A stretch of DNA of 64,000 bases from Patescibacteria group bacterium (GCA_035529375.1 DATKWU010000009.1:157848-221847), one strand, 5' to 3'. Positions 19,392 through 30,933 are shown, numbered from the stretch's first letter. A program made the numbers and translations. Notes: generated by a model from the sequence alone, not told the origin.

Positions 19392-19835
19392 TTATCTTTT
19401 CGGAGATTGTTTCTTCGCTCGGGCTGATTGGGCAAGGCCGGCTTTGCGGCGCTCTTTCATTCGGGGGTCACGAGTTAAAAGACCAGCTTTTTTTAAAGGT
19501 AGATGATAAAGTTCAGAGTTTTCTTTGTCCAAAGCTCTGGCTAAGCCATGGACAACCGCTCCCAATTGACCATTTTTACCTGATCCTCTAACCTTAACCG
19601 TCGCGTAATATTTCCCTTCAGTTTTGGTGACCTGAAACGGCTTCATGTAAATAAGTTCATTGACTTCACCCGGAAACCATTCTTCAATTGGCCGATTATT
19701 GACCATCAAATCGCCTTTACCTTTGAAGAGTCTTACCCGGGCCACTGCCTCTTTCCTTCGGCCAAGAGCATAAGTATAGGCTTTTTTCCGACCTCGCTTG
19801 GTTTTTCTAACCTTAACTGTTTTTTTAGTCGTCAT
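19392..19835 (-). CDS. rpsI: 30S ribosomal protein S9
   Basis: The C-terminal ...ARKQSPKR and the overall match to S9, with an N-terminal basic extension. Confidence 0.9.
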   Translation of the reverse strand: MTTKKTVKVRKTKRGRKKAYTYALGRRKEAVARVRLFKGKGDLMVNNRPIEEWFPGEVNELIYMKPFQVTKTEGKYYATVKVRGSGKNGQLGAVVHGLARALDKENSELYHLPLKKAGLLTRDPRMKERRKAGLAQSARAKKQSPKR

Positions 19836-20254
19836 TATTTTTTAAATTTATCCTGATAAAGATGTTGATCGTCGCTAAACACTTTCAATCTCCTTAATCT
19901 TCGATCTCTTAATTTATTTTTAGGTAGCATGCCATTGACAGCGTAGTGAATTATTTTTCTCGGATCACGCTTCATCAACTCCTCAAAAGTTTTTTCCTTA
20001 AAACCACCAGGATAACCAGAATGATGTTGGTAGAGTTTTTGTTTTCTTTTACGGCCACTGACTTCAACCTCGGCCGCATTAATAACAACAACATAATCAC
20101 CGCAATCTAAATTGGGCGAGTAATAAACTTTGCTCTTACCAATCAATAATTCCGCAATCTGACTTGCTACCCGACCAAGTCTCTTATCCTTAACATCAAT
20201 CAGGTACCAACCTCTTTTAATTTCACTTGCTTTGGTTGTCTTTGTTTTTTTCAT
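19835..20254 (-). CDS. rplM: 50S ribosomal protein L13
   Basis: KRGWYLIDVKDKRLGRVASQIAELLIGK is the L13 signature. Confidence 0.9.
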   Translation of the reverse strand: MKKTKTTKASEIKRGWYLIDVKDKRLGRVASQIAELLIGKSKVYYSPNLDCGDYVVVINAAEVEVSGRKRKQKLYQHHSGYPGGFKEKTFEELMKRDPRKIIHYAVNGMLPKNKLRDRRLRRLKVFSDDQHLYQDKFKK

Positions 20255-20687
20255 TTTTTCCTCGCGCTAAGTCTTTCTTTTTCTTGTTCGACTTTTTTGT
20301 TTTTTCTTTTCCTGACTTTTCTTCAGATTTGGGTTTAACCACTAATTCTAACTTCACCATGGTGGCATCATCACCACGACGTTGACCTAGGCGAATTATT
20401 CTAGTAAAACCACTTGATCTATCTTTAAATTGGGGAGTAATATTATCTACCAACTTATTAACAACCTTTCTATCATTAAAGAAAGCCTCTATCGTTCGTC
20501 GAGTGTGGAGAGTATTCTTTTTGCCCTTGGTAACTAAGCGATCAAAAAGTCGACGGACTGCCTTAGCCTTACTCTCGGTTGTTTTGATTTCCCCATGCAA
20601 AATCAAAGCGCTGAGTAAATTTTTAAACAGCGCTCTACGGTGACTTCTGCTTCGAGATAGTTTCTTTTTAGCCACTCTATGCTTCAT
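20223..20687 (-). CDS. rplQ: 50S ribosomal protein L17
   Basis: MKHRVAKKKLSRSRSHRRALFKNL...HGEIKTT, followed by a Lys-rich C-terminal extension. Confidence 0.85.
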   Translation of the reverse strand: MKHRVAKKKLSRSRSHRRALFKNLLSALILHGEIKTTESKAKAVRRLFDRLVTKGKKNTLHTRRTIEAFFNDRKVVNKLVDNITPQFKDRSSGFTRIIRLGQRRGDDATMVKLELVVKPKSEEKSGKEKTKKSNKKKKDLARGKNEKNKDNQSK

Positions 20688-20734
20688 TTTACTCGATTCT
20701 CAGAAAAATAAGATTCTTGCTAAAGCAATCTCTC

Positions 20735-21658
20735 TTATTTCTTCTTTTTCTTGAGAGAAACTCCTTTTTGGGATAAGGCAGCTTCAACGATGTTGACCGA
20801 CTTTTCACCTAAATTTTTGACTTTAGCCAAATCGGCTTCGGTCGCCTCAACCAGATTAGCGACCGTACCATAACCTCCTTTACGAAGAGCGTTGGCGATT
20901 CTGGTTGGTAAGTCAAGCTCCTCCACTGTCAATCTCAAATTTAAATTAGGCATTTCACTCTTGGCCTTCTCCTTTTTAGGCATCTTTTTAGGAGAAGCTA
21001 TTTGTTGGAAATAGCCAACCAGAATCTCAGCTGCCTGTTTTAAGGCCTGACTGGGTTTAAGACTACCATCAGTGGTAATCTCGAAAACCAACCGATTCAA
21101 GTCAGTTCTCCGACCAACTCGAGTAGATTCGATTCGATAATTAACCTGAAGAATGGGACCAAAAATAGCGTCAATCGGAATCTCACCTAATTTTTCTACT
21201 TCTCTCTCTTCGGCCGGTAGATAACCATAACCAGTTTCAACAATCATCTCTGCCTTAAATCGATTCTTCCGACTAGCTAAATTGCCAATAACCAAGTCTG
21301 GATTAGCAATTTTAACATTAGCCGGTGTTTTAATATCACCAGCCTTAATTTCACCAGGACCAGTTTTTTCTAAAGTCAATTTGACTGGTTTTTTTCCTTC
21401 ATAACCAACCTTAACCTGTTTAAGGCCAAGAATAAACTCAATAATATCTTCCTTTAATCCTTCAAGAGTAGAAAATTTATGCTTAACGCCCGCGATCTTT
21501 ACTTGAGTGATGGCAGCACCTGGCAAAGCCGAAAGCAAAACTCGCCGCAAAGCATTACCCAGAGTGTGTCCAAATCCAAGCTCTAGGGGTTCAATCACAA
21601 AATGACCAAAATCTTGGGTTTCCTTTTCTTTTTTAATTCGAAATAATGGTTCTATCAT
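20735..21658 (-). CDS. rpoA: DNA-directed RNA polymerase subunit alpha
   Basis: GHTLGNALRRVLLSALPGAA within the N-terminal domain, and a C-terminal domain is present. Confidence 0.9.
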   Translation of the reverse strand: MIEPLFRIKKEKETQDFGHFVIEPLELGFGHTLGNALRRVLLSALPGAAITQVKIAGVKHKFSTLEGLKEDIIEFILGLKQVKVGYEGKKPVKLTLEKTGPGEIKAGDIKTPANVKIANPDLVIGNLASRKNRFKAEMIVETGYGYLPAEEREVEKLGEIPIDAIFGPILQVNYRIESTRVGRRTDLNRLVFEITTDGSLKPSQALKQAAEILVGYFQQIASPKKMPKKEKAKSEMPNLNLRLTVEELDLPTRIANALRKGGYGTVANLVEATEADLAKVKNLGEKSVNIVEAALSQKGVSLKKKKK

Positions 21659-21680
21659 AGACCTCCTTTTATTATTAAAA

Positions 21681-22304
21681 TTATCTTGAATAATATTCGA
21701 TTATTAACTTGTCGTCAATGGCAGCTTCAATTTCTTCTCTTTTTGGCAGACGCATCATTTTACCAATTGGGCCCTTCCTTTGCAACCATTTAGGCATATT
21801 TTTAGTCCTATCAGTCCAATTTTTCTCCACCGCTGCTATTTTCATCGCCTTCTCACTAATTCGAATAAGATCACCGGGTTTGACTTGATAAGAAGCAATG
21901 TTAACTTTCTTTTCATTAACATAAGCATGACCATGACTAACTAATTGCCTAGCAATTGACCGAGAAGGCGCTAAGCCTGAACGATAAACTACATTATCCA
22001 ACCTTGATTCTAAGAGTTGAAAAAGAACTTCACCGGTCACTTGAGGATTTTTAGATGCCTTATCAATATAGCGGCGAAATTGTTTCTCTAAAATACCATA
22101 GAGTCTCCTCGCTTTTTGTTTTTCCCTCAACTGCTGACCATATTCACTTAATCTTTTCCTTAACCTAGGACCATGCTGGCCTGGAGGTACTGCACCCTTT
22201 CTTTCAATCGGGCACTTGGGCGAATAACAACGCTCACCCTTTAAAAAAAGTTTGATTCCTTCGCGTCGGCAGAGTCGACATTTAGCATCAGTATATCTTG
22301 CCAT
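21681..22304 (-). CDS. rpsD: 30S ribosomal protein S4
   Basis: MARYTDAKCRLCRREGIKLFLKGERCYSPKC is the S4 zinc-ribbon N-terminus. Confidence 0.9.
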   Translation of the reverse strand: MARYTDAKCRLCRREGIKLFLKGERCYSPKCPIERKGAVPPGQHGPRLRKRLSEYGQQLREKQKARRLYGILEKQFRRYIDKASKNPQVTGEVLFQLLESRLDNVVYRSGLAPSRSIARQLVSHGHAYVNEKKVNIASYQVKPGDLIRISEKAMKIAAVEKNWTDRTKNMPKWLQRKGPIGKMMRLPKREEIEAAIDDKLIIEYYSR

Positions 22305-22712
22305 TTAAACTCTCCTTTTCTTTTTTGGCCTTGGTCCATTATGAGGAATTGGGGTCACGTCAGCAATCAAACTCATTTTGATGCCAGCGGCTCTCAGAGC
22401 CCTTAAGGCTGAATCGCGGCCCGATCCTGGGCCTTTAATGTAAACTTCAACTTCCCTGAAACCGTGAGCTAAAGCTTTTTTAGCGGCTTTTTCAACGGTA
22501 CTAATAGCCGCAAAAGGAGTTGATTTCCTTGCTCCCTTAAAACCGACTTCACCCGAACTCCCCCAACAAACGGTATTACCTTTTAAATCAGTAAAGGTAA
22601 TGATCGTGTTGTTAAAAGTAGCCTGAATGTAAACTTTTCCTTTAGCCACAATCTTAGGCTCTTTCTTTTGGGGTTTGGTTTTAGTTTTTTCTTTTTTAGC
22701 TTTAACCATCAT
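22305..22712 (-). CDS. rpsK: 30S ribosomal protein S11
   Basis: The ...[24 protein letters not shown] pattern and the rpsM-rpsK-rpsD order. Confidence 0.9.
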   Translation of the reverse strand: MMVKAKKEKTKTKPQKKEPKIVAKGKVYIQATFNNTIITFTDLKGNTVCWGSSGEVGFKGARKSTPFAAISTVEKAAKKALAHGFREVEVYIKGPGSGRDSALRALRAAGIKMSLIADVTPIPHNGPRPKKKRRV

Positions 22713-23152
22713 GCCTCCTTGTCCTCTTTAGCTACTTTTTCCTCTTCTGGATTCTTCTCGGCAACACCAAACTTAGTTAAATCCTTCTTGCGCATTGCTC
22801 CAATTGTCTTTCGCTTACCCCTTTTTGTCCGAGCATTTGATCGAGTTCTCTGGCCACGAGAAGGTAAGCCCTGTAAATGTCTTGTTCCTCGATAACTTCC
22901 CGTCACTTTCAGTTGTTTAATATTCTCGTTCACAATCGTTCTTAACTCTCCCTCCGTAGGTATTTTTTCAACCGTCTTTTGTAAACGAGTAATTTCTTCA
23001 GCCGTCAAATCCTTAATTCTTTTATTAGCATCAACGGCCGCTGTTTCTAAAACCCCTTGAACATTCTTACGACCAATACCATAAATTGCGGTTAAACCAC
23101 TATCAACTTTCTTTTCAACTGGTAAATCAACTCCGGCAATTCGAACAGCCAT
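22709..23152 (-). CDS. rpsM: 30S ribosomal protein S13
   Basis: [28 protein letters not shown] is the S13 N-terminus. Confidence 0.9.
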   Translation of the reverse strand: MAVRIAGVDLPVEKKVDSGLTAIYGIGRKNVQGVLETAAVDANKRIKDLTAEEITRLQKTVEKIPTEGELRTIVNENIKQLKVTGSYRGTRHLQGLPSRGQRTRSNARTKRGKRKTIGAMRKKDLTKFGVAEKNPEEEKVAKEDKEA

Positions 23153-23154
23153 GA

Positions 23155-23268
23155 TTAACCCTGTCTTTGCTTATGGCGAGGATTAGAACAAATAACGTAG
23201 ACTCGCCCTCGCCGGCGAGCAATTTTACAATTTTTACAACGTTTTTTAACTGACGCTTTAACTTCCAT
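23155..23268 (-). CDS. rpmJ: 50S ribosomal protein L36
   Basis: This gene is absent from the ORF track because it is under 60 aa. The minus strand translates to [37 protein letters not shown] (37 aa), a near-canonical L36 with Cys3His zinc ligands. Confidence 0.8.
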   Translation of the reverse strand: MEVKASVKKRCKNCKIARRRGRVYVICSNPRHKQRQG

Positions 23269-23270
23269 AA

Positions 23271-23489
23271 TTATTTCTCCCGATAAACTATTCTTCCTTT
23301 CGTCTCATCATAAGGTGTCAATTCTACCCGAACCTTATCTCCAGGCATCACTCGAATGTGATGGATTCTTATCTTGCCTGAAAGATGACACAAAAGCTTT
23401 CTACCATCTTCCAGTTCGACCCTAAACATTGTATTGGGCAAGGCTTCGGTGACTGTCCCGGTAGTTTCTTCTTTTTTCTCTTTAATCAT
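23271..23489 (-). CDS. infA: Translation initiation factor IF-1
   Basis: [31 protein letters not shown]...[13 protein letters not shown] is the S1-like IF-1 fold. Confidence 0.9.
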   Translation of the reverse strand: MIKEKKEETTGTVTEALPNTMFRVELEDGRKLLCHLSGKIRIHHIRVMPGDKVRVELTPYDETKGRIVYREK

Positions 23490-23542
23490 TGATTGAATTT
23501 TAACAAAATTTAGTTACTTTTTCAAGCTTAATTAGGCATAAA

Positions 23543-24301
23543 TCATTTTCGAGTCAAAACTAATGGCTCTCCTGGAGTCACAAGAATTGTGTCTTCAAAA
23601 AGAGCCGCTAAATGACCATCAACTGTTTCTACTGTCCAACCATCTTCTCCTACCATGACTTCCGAATTTCCTTGGGTATAAATTACCTCAATGGCCAAAG
23701 TCATGCCAGGCTTCAATTTTTCAGTCTCCTCTATTCTTTTTTGCAAATAACAGGGTATTTGAGGTGGTTCGTGTAATTTTTTTCCCACCCCATGACCCAC
23801 TAAAGCCTGAACTGGTTGCCAACCTTTGCTCTTAATTGTTGTTTGGATTGCCTGAGAGAGATGGCCAATCCGATTACCTAGTCTGACTGACTTAATAGCA
23901 ACCTCTAAAGCCTCCCTACCAACCGATAGAAATTCTCTTTCCTTAAGTCGTTGATTGGTGCCTATGTCACCTACTAGCAAGCTATTAGCCTTATCAGTGT
24001 GATAGCCTTTGTAAAAAATACCAATATCGACACTAAGAAGATCACCTACCTTTAATCGATAGTCATTAGGAATTCCATGAACAACTCCCTGATTAACATT
24101 TAAACAAGTCGCCCAATGATAATCCTTAACCATTTTGAAAGAAGGTTTCCCATTTTGTTTTTTAATGAGCTCTTCAGCCAGAGTATCGACCTCTTTTAAA
24201 CTCATTCCTGGCTTAATTTTGAGTTGTTCAAAAACCCAAGCCAATTTCTTGCCTCCCTCTTGCATTATCTTGATCTCTTTAGCTGTTTTTAGGGGAATCA
24301 T
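23543..24301 (-). CDS. map: Type I methionine aminopeptidase
   Basis: 252 aa pita-bread fold (VVHGIPNDYRLKVGDLLSVDIG) in the conserved position after adk. Confidence 0.85.
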   Translation of the reverse strand: MIPLKTAKEIKIMQEGGKKLAWVFEQLKIKPGMSLKEVDTLAEELIKKQNGKPSFKMVKDYHWATCLNVNQGVVHGIPNDYRLKVGDLLSVDIGIFYKGYHTDKANSLLVGDIGTNQRLKEREFLSVGREALEVAIKSVRLGNRIGHLSQAIQTTIKSKGWQPVQALVGHGVGKKLHEPPQIPCYLQKRIEETEKLKPGMTLAIEVIYTQGNSEVMVGEDGWTVETVDGHLAALFEDTILVTPGEPLVLTRK

Positions 24302-24945
24302 TGATTCAACCGTTTCATAATCTCCTGATGAATCACTTCGATTGGCCTCTCACCATCAATCTCTATCAAAATTCCCTGTTGGCGAACATAATTAATTAAA
24401 GGTTCAGTTAGTCGATGGTAAGTTTCCAATCTCTTCTTGACTATTTTTGGTTTGTCATCTTGGCGCAAAACTAACTTCACCTGACAAAAGTCGCAAAGTT
24501 TATCTTTTTTAGGCGGTCTTGTTACTAAATTATATTCTTTATCACATTTTGGACAGACTCGTCGAGAGCTAATTCTCTTAATTGAAGTCATCTCGATTAC
24601 CTTTAAATGAATTACTTTATTAATCTTAGTTCCTCGTTCAGTTAAAATTTTTTCTAAATCCTGATATTGGCTCAATTTTCTTGGATAGCCATCAAAAACA
24701 ATTCCCTTACTAGTTTTGACTTTATCTAGCCAAGAATTGGCTACCTTTTTAATAACTGAGTCAGGAACTAAAGTACCTTGTTGATAAATAATTTGATTGA
24801 TCTTTTCGCCAAGAGATGTCTTTTGTTTAGCAATCTCTCTAAGAACTTCGCCCATCTCAAGATGAGCAAACCCAAGTTTTTTAGCTAAAAGCTCTGCTTG
24901 AGCACCCTTACCTGAAGCTTGTGGTCCTAAAACAATAAAATTCAT
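24298..24945 (-). CDS. adk: Adenylate kinase
   Basis: P-loop [11 protein letters not shown] and a zinc lid with CPKC...CDFC. Confidence 0.9.
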   Translation of the reverse strand: MNFIVLGPQASGKGAQAELLAKKLGFAHLEMGEVLREIAKQKTSLGEKINQIIYQQGTLVPDSVIKKVANSWLDKVKTSKGIVFDGYPRKLSQYQDLEKILTERGTKINKVIHLKVIEMTSIKRISSRRVCPKCDKEYNLVTRPPKKDKLCDFCQVKLVLRQDDKPKIVKKRLETYHRLTEPLINYVRQQGILIEIDGERPIEVIHQEIMKRLNQ

Positions 24946-26228
24946 TTTAAAAAGCCCTCATAGCTTCTCATTGTCATCATCGCTTCTAGTTGACGAGTTG
25001 TCTCCAAAATGACCGAAACGACAATCAAAATCCCGGTACCGCCAATCGTCATAGTGGCAATCCCAGTTAAACCTTGGGCAATTGAGGGTAAAATGGCAAT
25101 CAAACCTAGGAAAATCGCTCCGGCTAAAGTGATTCGATTTAAAATTCGATTAAGATAATCAGCCGTTGGTTGACCCGGTCGAATTCCGGGAATGAAACCA
25201 CCATATTTACGAATTTCCTCAGCAATTTTGTCTGGATTAAAAACCACCGCCGTGTAAAAATAGGTGAAACCAACCACTAATAAGAAATAGGTAAGATTAT
25301 AGACAACACCGCCTGGTTGAAAGATGGTGGCCAAACTAACCGCTATTTTAGCAATCATTGGTTGAGGAACTCCCTGAAGAAAATTACCCAACATTGAGGG
25401 TAAAAGAATCAGGGAAACCGCAAAAATAATAGGAATCACTCCGGCTTGATTAATTTTCAAAGGTAAATAAGTTGATTGACCACCATAAATCTTTCTGCCT
25501 CTCATCCGACGGGCATACTGAATCCTAATTTTTCGACTCGCCTCGTCAACCACTATAATAGCCACAATTACCGCTAAGGCCATTGCTAGAAAAATGATGA
25601 GATTAAATAAATTACCTGGTTCGAAAATACTAAAAGTTTGACCAAGTTGGACCGGATAACGAGCGACAATACCGGCAAAAATTAACATGGAAATTCCGTT
25701 GCCAATGCCGTATTCACTAATCAGTTCGCCTAACCACATCAAGAAAATCGTTCCAGCCACCATGGTGATAACTAAACTAATTAAACTCAATGGTAAAAGG
25801 CTAGTAATGATCTGTTGGTTTTTTAAAAGAGCATACATACCCAAAGATTGAACCACAGCTAAAGGAACGGTTAAAATCCGAGTATATTGGTTAATTTTTT
25901 CTCGACCATATTCACCTTCTTTAGAAAGTTCTTCTAATTGAGGAATCACCATCGTCAATAATTGGAAAATAATTGAGGCATTAATATAGGGGTTAAGGCC
26001 AAGAGCCATAATTGAAAAATTAGCTAAAGTGCCACCCGAAAAAATATCTAATAAACCTAATAATTGATTGCGGGCAAAGAGCTCTCGCAGAGCGATGGTA
26101 TTAACTCCACCTACGGGAACATGGGCGGCAAAGCGAAAAACAATAAAAATCCCGGCCGTAAAAAGGATTTTTTTTCTTAATTCGGCAATCTTCCAGGCGT
26201 TAAGAAGAGTATTAAGAATTCTATTCAT
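24942..26228 (-). CDS. secY: Preprotein translocase subunit SecY
   Basis: 428 aa protein with ten TM helices, placed between rplO and adk. Confidence 0.9.
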   Translation of the reverse strand: MNRILNTLLNAWKIAELRKKILFTAGIFIVFRFAAHVPVGGVNTIALRELFARNQLLGLLDIFSGGTLANFSIMALGLNPYINASIIFQLLTMVIPQLEELSKEGEYGREKINQYTRILTVPLAVVQSLGMYALLKNQQIITSLLPLSLISLVITMVAGTIFLMWLGELISEYGIGNGISMLIFAGIVARYPVQLGQTFSIFEPGNLFNLIIFLAMALAVIVAIIVVDEASRKIRIQYARRMRGRKIYGGQSTYLPLKINQAGVIPIIFAVSLILLPSMLGNFLQGVPQPMIAKIAVSLATIFQPGGVVYNLTYFLLVVGFTYFYTAVVFNPDKIAEEIRKYGGFIPGIRPGQPTADYLNRILNRITLAGAIFLGLIAILPSIAQGLTGIATMTIGGTGILIVVSVILETTRQLEAMMTMRSYEGFLK

Positions 26229-26815
26229 CTCTTAACTTCTTTTTTATTAACTTTGGTTATTTCTTTTTTCTTCTTTGCTGCTTCCTTTTGGGTTTTAACT
26301 GGTTTTGTTTTCTTTTTCTTGGCCGGCTTAGACTTTAATCGATTGGCCTTAGGTTGCTTTTCAACCTCAACTACCTTGCCTCCGGCTTTTTCAATTTTTT
26401 TAGTCGCTCCTTTAGAGGCGGGTAACTCAATCGTCAGCGCCACGTTCAAATCACCATCACCTAAAATTTTAACTCCTTGTTTTTCAGCTTTATCACTTGT
26501 TATAATTCTCTTTTTGGCCAGAGTGGTCAAATTAACCTTTTCCCCTTTCTTAAAAAGATTAAGATATTTAAGGTTAACCACCAAGGGTTTAGGCTTTAAT
26601 GACTTAAATCTTCCTTTACCTCGCTGAAGCGGCAATTTTTTGATAAAGGATTTTTTTGTTTTAGTTCCTTCAAAGGTCAAACCAACCTTGCCTCGAGCTT
26701 TTAATCCCTTCGCACCTCGACCAGAAGTATGACCACCTTTTCCCGAACCATAACCCCGACCAACTCTTTTCTTTTTCCTCTTAGTAGTTTTTGGTAATTT
26801 ATCTAATTTTATCAT
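26225..26815 (-). CDS. rplO: 50S ribosomal protein L15
   Basis: [21 protein letters not shown], followed by a long Lys-rich C-terminal extension. Confidence 0.85.
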   Translation of the reverse strand: MIKLDKLPKTTKRKKKRVGRGYGSGKGGHTSGRGAKGLKARGKVGLTFEGTKTKKSFIKKLPLQRGKGRFKSLKPKPLVVNLKYLNLFKKGEKVNLTTLAKKRIITSDKAEKQGVKILGDGDLNVALTIELPASKGATKKIEKAGGKVVEVEKQPKANRLKSKPAKKKKTKPVKTQKEAAKKKKEITKVNKKEVKR

Positions 26816-26819
26816 TTTA

Positions 26820-27305
26820 TTAATTTCCTTTTGGATGTTTAAGCTGCTTCAAAGCTTCAAGCGTCGCATAAACATTATTAATCTTATTATTACTCCCCAG
26901 GATTTTAGAAACAATATCCTTTATTCCCGCCGCTTCAACCACCACCCGAACCGCACCACCGGCTTTAACCCCTGTGCCCGGAGGAGCTGGTTTGATTAAG
27001 ATTTTGGCAGCACCCCGTTTAATCCGCACCTCGTGAGGAATGGTAGTTCCTTTAATAGGCACCTCAATCATTTTCTTTTTAGCTTGTTTCATTCCTTTTT
27101 TGATTCCAGAAATAACGTCAGGCGCCCTGCCCAAACCAACACCAACCTTTCCCTTTTTATCACCAACAACGGTCAGAACCGAAAAGCTAATCCGATTACC
27201 TCCCTTTGTCTTTTTCGAAACTCGATTGACTTGAACCACCTTCTCTTCAAATTCTCTTTCTCCTTGATTTTCTTCCATCATTCTTCTTCTAGGTTGATTA
27301 AACAT
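26820..27305 (-). CDS. rpsE: 30S ribosomal protein S5
   Basis: Match to S5, directly followed by rplO with no L30 gene in between. Confidence 0.85.
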   Translation of the reverse strand: MFNQPRRRMMEENQGEREFEEKVVQVNRVSKKTKGGNRISFSVLTVVGDKKGKVGVGLGRAPDVISGIKKGMKQAKKKMIEVPIKGTTIPHEVRIKRGAAKILIKPAPPGTGVKAGGAVRVVVEAAGIKDIVSKILGSNNKINNVYATLEALKQLKHPKGN

Positions 27306-27348
27306 TGTTTTATTTTTCTTAATTTTAAATTAATTTTTTAAACCTTAA

Positions 27349-27699
27349 TTAAAATTTAAGACCTCCTTCTCTGGCGCCTTCAGCAAGCGCTTTAACTCGT
27401 CCGTGATAGCGATAAGGACCGCGATCAAAAATAACCTTTTTGATCTTTTTCTTCAGCGCTTTTTTCGCCAAGGCTTCCCCAATTAACTTAGCTTTCTTGA
27501 TTTTGGTAACTGGCTTAGCTTCTTTACCAAGATCTTTCTCACTCGATCCCACTAAAGTTTTACCCTGCTCATCATTAATAAGTTGAGTATAGATCCTCTT
27601 ATTAGAACGAAAAACCGATAGTCTGGGTCTCTCGTTTGTCCCTTTAATTTTCTGTCTGACTCTGTTTTTTCTTTTTAATTCTTGCTCTTTTTTAGTCAT
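27349..27699 (-). CDS. rplR: 50S ribosomal protein L18
   Basis: 116 aa basic protein in the L6-L18-S5 order. Confidence 0.85.
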   Translation of the reverse strand: MTKKEQELKRKNRVRQKIKGTNERPRLSVFRSNKRIYTQLINDEQGKTLVGSSEKDLGKEAKPVTKIKKAKLIGEALAKKALKKKIKKVIFDRGPYRYHGRVKALAEGAREGGLKF

Positions 27700-27711
27700 C
27701 TTCCCTCCTGA

Positions 27712-28278
27712 TTATTCACCACCACCAAAACCACCTTCGCCTGTCTTACCGGCTTTACCTGGTTTTCGCCTTACTTCTTCGTCTTGATAACGAACACCTT
27801 TGCCTTTATAAGGTTCGGGTGGTCTAATCTGACGAATTTTGGCGGCTACTTGACCAACTAAGGCTTTATCGATTCCAGAGATTTTGATTGTTTCTTTATC
27901 CTCAACTTCAAATTGGATTTCTTTAATTGGTTCAACTACCACTGGATGAGAAAAACCTAAAGACAAAACCAAATTTTCCTCCTGCTTTTCTACCCGATAA
28001 CCTGTGCCTACTAATTTTAAGACTTTACTGTAGCCTTGAGTGACACCTGTAATCATATTAGCCACTAAAGTTCTTATTAGGCCGTGCAAAGAACGGCTGA
28101 ATTTATCATTCTTTTTTCGAATGACTTTAATTTCATCTTGGCCAATCTCCAACTTGATTTCCGACCGAATCTTTTGCTTCAACTCGCCTAGGGGGCCTTT
28201 TACTGTCAAAGTTGAACCATGATAATTAATTTCGACTCCCTCTGGTATTTTAACTGGTTGTTGACCTATTCTCGACAT
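27712..28278 (-). CDS. rplF: 50S ribosomal protein L6
   Basis: Start taken at MSRIGQQPVKIP (the ORF track begins 13 codons earlier). There is a Gly-rich C-terminal tail. Confidence 0.85.
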   Translation of the reverse strand: MSRIGQQPVKIPEGVEINYHGSTLTVKGPLGELKQKIRSEIKLEIGQDEIKVIRKKNDKFSRSLHGLIRTLVANMITGVTQGYSKVLKLVGTGYRVEKQEENLVLSLGFSHPVVVEPIKEIQFEVEDKETIKISGIDKALVGQVAAKIRQIRPPEPYKGKGVRYQDEEVRRKPGKAGKTGEGGFGGGE

Positions 28279-28285
28279 TTTTCCT

Positions 28286-28678
28286 TTACCATAATTGACA
28301 AATAACTTCGCCGCCAAGTTTTTTCTTTCTGGCTTGTTTATCGGTCATTAAGCCTTTAGAGGTAGAAAGAATTCTCATCCCAAAACCACTCCGAACTGGC
28401 TTCAATTCTTCAGCTTGAAGATAAACCCTCAGACTAGGCTTCGAAACGCGTTCTATACTTGTAATCGCCGGCTCCTGGTAAGGATATTTCAAACCAACAA
28501 CTAATTGTTTCTCTTGAGGTTTTTTACCTTCAACTTCTATCTTTTTGAGATAGCCTTCCTGAACCAAAATCTTAGTTAAATTTTCTTTAGCAGCCGAATA
28601 AGGCACTTCAAATTTCCTTTTTCGAACGGCATAGCCATTTCTAATTCTGGTAATCAAATCACCAATTGGATCAGTCAT
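28286..28678 (-). CDS. rpsH: 30S ribosomal protein S8
   Basis: MTDPIGDLITRIRNGYAVRK is the S8 N-terminus. Confidence 0.9.
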   Translation of the reverse strand: MTDPIGDLITRIRNGYAVRKRKFEVPYSAAKENLTKILVQEGYLKKIEVEGKKPQEKQLVVGLKYPYQEPAITSIERVSKPSLRVYLQAEELKPVRSGFGMRILSTSKGLMTDKQARKKKLGGEVICQLW

Positions 28679-28679
28679 T

Positions 28680-28865
28680 TTACCAACTTGCCTTGGTCAC
28701 CCCAGGCAACTCTCCTCTATGAGCTAATTCACGAAAACAAAGCCGACAAAGACCAAAAAGACGTAAAAAGCCTCTTGGCCGACCACAAAGCTGACAGCGA
28801 TTGTGTTGTCGAGTCGGATACTTTGGTTTTCGACCATCTTTAACGACTTTTGATTTTTTTGCCAT
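28680..28865 (-). CDS. rpsZ: 30S ribosomal protein S14 type Z (zinc-binding)
   Basis: 61 aa protein with a CQLCGRPRG...CRLCFRE zinc ribbon. Confidence 0.85.
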   Translation of the reverse strand: MAKKSKVVKDGRKPKYPTRQHNRCQLCGRPRGFLRLFGLCRLCFRELAHRGELPGVTKASW

Positions 28866-29419
28866 TATTTTTCTCCTTTTTCAAAAGGCATACCTAATAA
28901 CTCTAACAATCTCTTGGCCTTTTCGTTTGTTCGGGCATTAGTCACAAGCGTCATCTCCAAACCTCTGACTTTGTCCACCCTAGAATGGTCAATCTCTGAA
29001 AAAACAATCTGTTCTGATATCCCAAGACTGTAATTACCCTGACCATCAAAGCTCTTCAAAGAAACCCCTTGAAAATCTCTTAACCGAGGTAAAACGACGC
29101 TTATCAGCTTTTCTAAAAAATCATACATCCGGCGGCCTCTTAAAGTAACCATGAGGCCAATTGGCTGGCCTTTGCGCAATTTAAAACCAGCAATTGATTG
29201 CCGAGCCAGAGTCATTTTAGGTCGTTGGCCAGTAATCACCGCTAAATCTTCACTGGCTGACTTTAAAGCCTTCTTGTCAGTTAAAGCATCACTTAAACCA
29301 ATATTAACCATAATCTTCTCCAATCTTGGTGCCGCTAAAGAATTACCTAGATCAAATTCTTTAGCCAGTTGAGGAGCAATTTCCTTCTGATATTTTTCTT
29401 TTAAATTGTTGCTTGACAT
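28865..29419 (-). CDS. rplE: 50S ribosomal protein L5
   Basis: Conserved position and match to L5. Confidence 0.9.
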   Translation of the reverse strand: MSSNNLKEKYQKEIAPQLAKEFDLGNSLAAPRLEKIMVNIGLSDALTDKKALKSASEDLAVITGQRPKMTLARQSIAGFKLRKGQPIGLMVTLRGRRMYDFLEKLISVVLPRLRDFQGVSLKSFDGQGNYSLGISEQIVFSEIDHSRVDKVRGLEMTLVTNARTNEKAKRLLELLGMPFEKGEK

Positions 29420-29730
29420 TTTCGACAGATTCTTGTTTTAACCGCCTTACTATGAACCTTGCCACTCTTTTGTTCAATTCGATAACCGACTCGGGTCGGT
29501 TTTTTACATTTCGGACAAAAAAGGGCGACGTTAGCCACGAATAAAGGTTTAACAATTTCAATAATCCCGCCTGGTTTTTTCTCGCTTTGCTTCCGAGCAT
29601 GTTTTTTATAAACATTAATGCCGGGAATAAGCACCTTATTGGTCTTGGGAAAAATTTTTTCAATTTTTCCTTTTCGACCTTTATCTTTACCTTTAAGAAC
29701 GATAACTGAATCACCTTTCCTTATTTTCAT
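29401..29730 (-). CDS. rplX: 50S ribosomal protein L24 (Cys4 zinc-ribbon variant)
   Basis: KOW N-terminus [23 protein letters not shown]. The C-terminal region carries CPKC...CRKC where E. coli L24 has no cysteines. Confidence 0.85.
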   Translation of the reverse strand: MKIRKGDSVIVLKGKDKGRKGKIEKIFPKTNKVLIPGINVYKKHARKQSEKKPGGIIEIVKPLFVANVALFCPKCKKPTRVGYRIEQKSGKVHSKAVKTRICRKCQATI

Positions 29731-30095
29731 ATAACCTCCTTAGCCAAAGAAACAATCTTAGCATAACCTAAATCTTTAATTTCCCTAGCCACTGGACCTA
29801 AAATTCTGGTTCCTTTTGGGTTGCCATGCTTATCAATAATCACCGCCGCATTATCATCAAAACGAACAAAAGAACCATCAGCCCGACCCTGTTCCTTCTT
29901 GGTTCTAACAATGACAGCCTTAACTATCTCGGCATCTTCAACCACGCCATTAGAATCAGCCTGATCAACAACGGCCACGACAACGTCACCAATTTTACCG
30001 AATCGCCTCTTCGAACCACCTAAAACCCGGATTACTTTTAATTTTTTTGCCCCAGCATTATCGGCTGGTTTTAAGACCGTTCTTAATTGAATCAT
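29727..30095 (-). CDS. rplN: 50S ribosomal protein L14
   Basis: [31 protein letters not shown] is the L14 N-terminus. Confidence 0.9.
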   Translation of the reverse strand: MIQLRTVLKPADNAGAKKLKVIRVLGGSKRRFGKIGDVVVAVVDQADSNGVVEDAEIVKAVIVRTKKEQGRADGSFVRFDDNAAVIIDKHGNPKGTRILGPVAREIKDLGYAKIVSLAKEVI

Positions 30096-30322
30096 TTTTT
30101 AACCACCTCTAAAACCTTCCATTTTTTAGTTTTGCTGATTGGTTTTGTCTCCGTAATAATGACTTGATCGCCAACTTTAACCCCCAATTCATCATGGGCA
30201 TGAAATTTTTTCTTAACTTTCATTCTCTTTTTATAAATAGGATGAGTCTTAAACCTAATAATCTCAACAGTAGCCGTTTTATTCATTTTAGTCCTAACAA
30301 CTTCACCTTTAAATTTTTTCAT
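30092..30322 (-). CDS. rpsQ: 30S ribosomal protein S17
   Basis: 76 aa OB-fold protein between L14 and L29. Confidence 0.85.
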   Translation of the reverse strand: MKKFKGEVVRTKMNKTATVEIIRFKTHPIYKKRMKVKKKFHAHDELGVKVGDQVIITETKPISKTKKWKVLEVVKK

Positions 30323-30522
30323 TTAGTTAACTCCTTTTCTCTTAGAATTGTTTTTAAAACCGCCAGATGATGACGCTGATTCATTAACTGACGAGTGTTC
30401 TTAAGTTTACCTGCTCTTAATTCTAATCTTAACTTAGTTAATTTTTCCTCTACCTTAATAATTTCTTTTTGTAATTGAGCGATGGTTTTTTGATGCAATT
30501 CCTGTTTTTCTTTATCTTTCAT
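30319..30522 (-). CDS. rpmC: 50S ribosomal protein L29
   Basis: Only the last 67 codons of the 157-aa track ORF, MKDKEKQELHQKTIAQLQKEIIKVEEKLTKLRLELRAGKLKN..., are L29-like. The start at 30522 abuts the L16 stop at 30524. Confidence 0.75.
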   Translation of the reverse strand: MKDKEKQELHQKTIAQLQKEIIKVEEKLTKLRLELRAGKLKNTRQLMNQRHHLAVLKTILREKELTK

Positions 30523-30523
30523 T

Positions 30524-30931
30524 CTACTCCTTCTTAATAAACTTAATTTTAAAAGGTAATTTGGCTCCGGCTCGCCTAATCGCTTCTTTAGCCATCTTTT
30601 CATCAACACCAGCCAATTCAAAAATAATTCTACCAGGTGTAACCACAGCAACGTGATGATCAATAGCGCCTTTACCCGATCCCATCCTGACGCCTGCTGG
30701 TTTCTTGGTAACTGGTTTATCGGGAAAAACTCGAATCCAAATTTTACCTTGTCTTTTGGTTTGATGGGTAATCGCTTTCCGAGCCGCTTCAATTTGCCGG
30801 GCCATCAGCCAACCGCGACCAAGACTTTTCAAACCATAATCACCAAAAGCCAAAGTTGAACCTTTAATTGACTTACCTTTCATTCTGCCTCGAAATTGTT
30901 TTCGGTATTTAGCTCTTTTTGGTTCTAGCAT
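30524..30931 (-). CDS. rplP: 50S ribosomal protein L16
   Basis: [19 protein letters not shown] is the L16 N-terminus. Confidence 0.9.
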   Translation of the reverse strand: MLEPKRAKYRKQFRGRMKGKSIKGSTLAFGDYGLKSLGRGWLMARQIEAARKAITHQTKRQGKIWIRVFPDKPVTKKPAGVRMGSGKGAIDHHVAVVTPGRIIFELAGVDEKMAKEAIRRAGAKLPFKIKFIKKE

Positions 30932-30933
30932 GA

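Noticed and set aside
29361-29714. 117-aa ORF overlapping the rplX and rplE frames.
   Set aside because: It is a shadow ORF in an alternative frame of the well-supported L24 gene.
30319-30792. 157-aa ORF overlapping rplP.
   Set aside because: Only its last 67 codons (from MKDKEKQ at 30522) encode L29. The upstream part is an out-of-frame read-through across L16.
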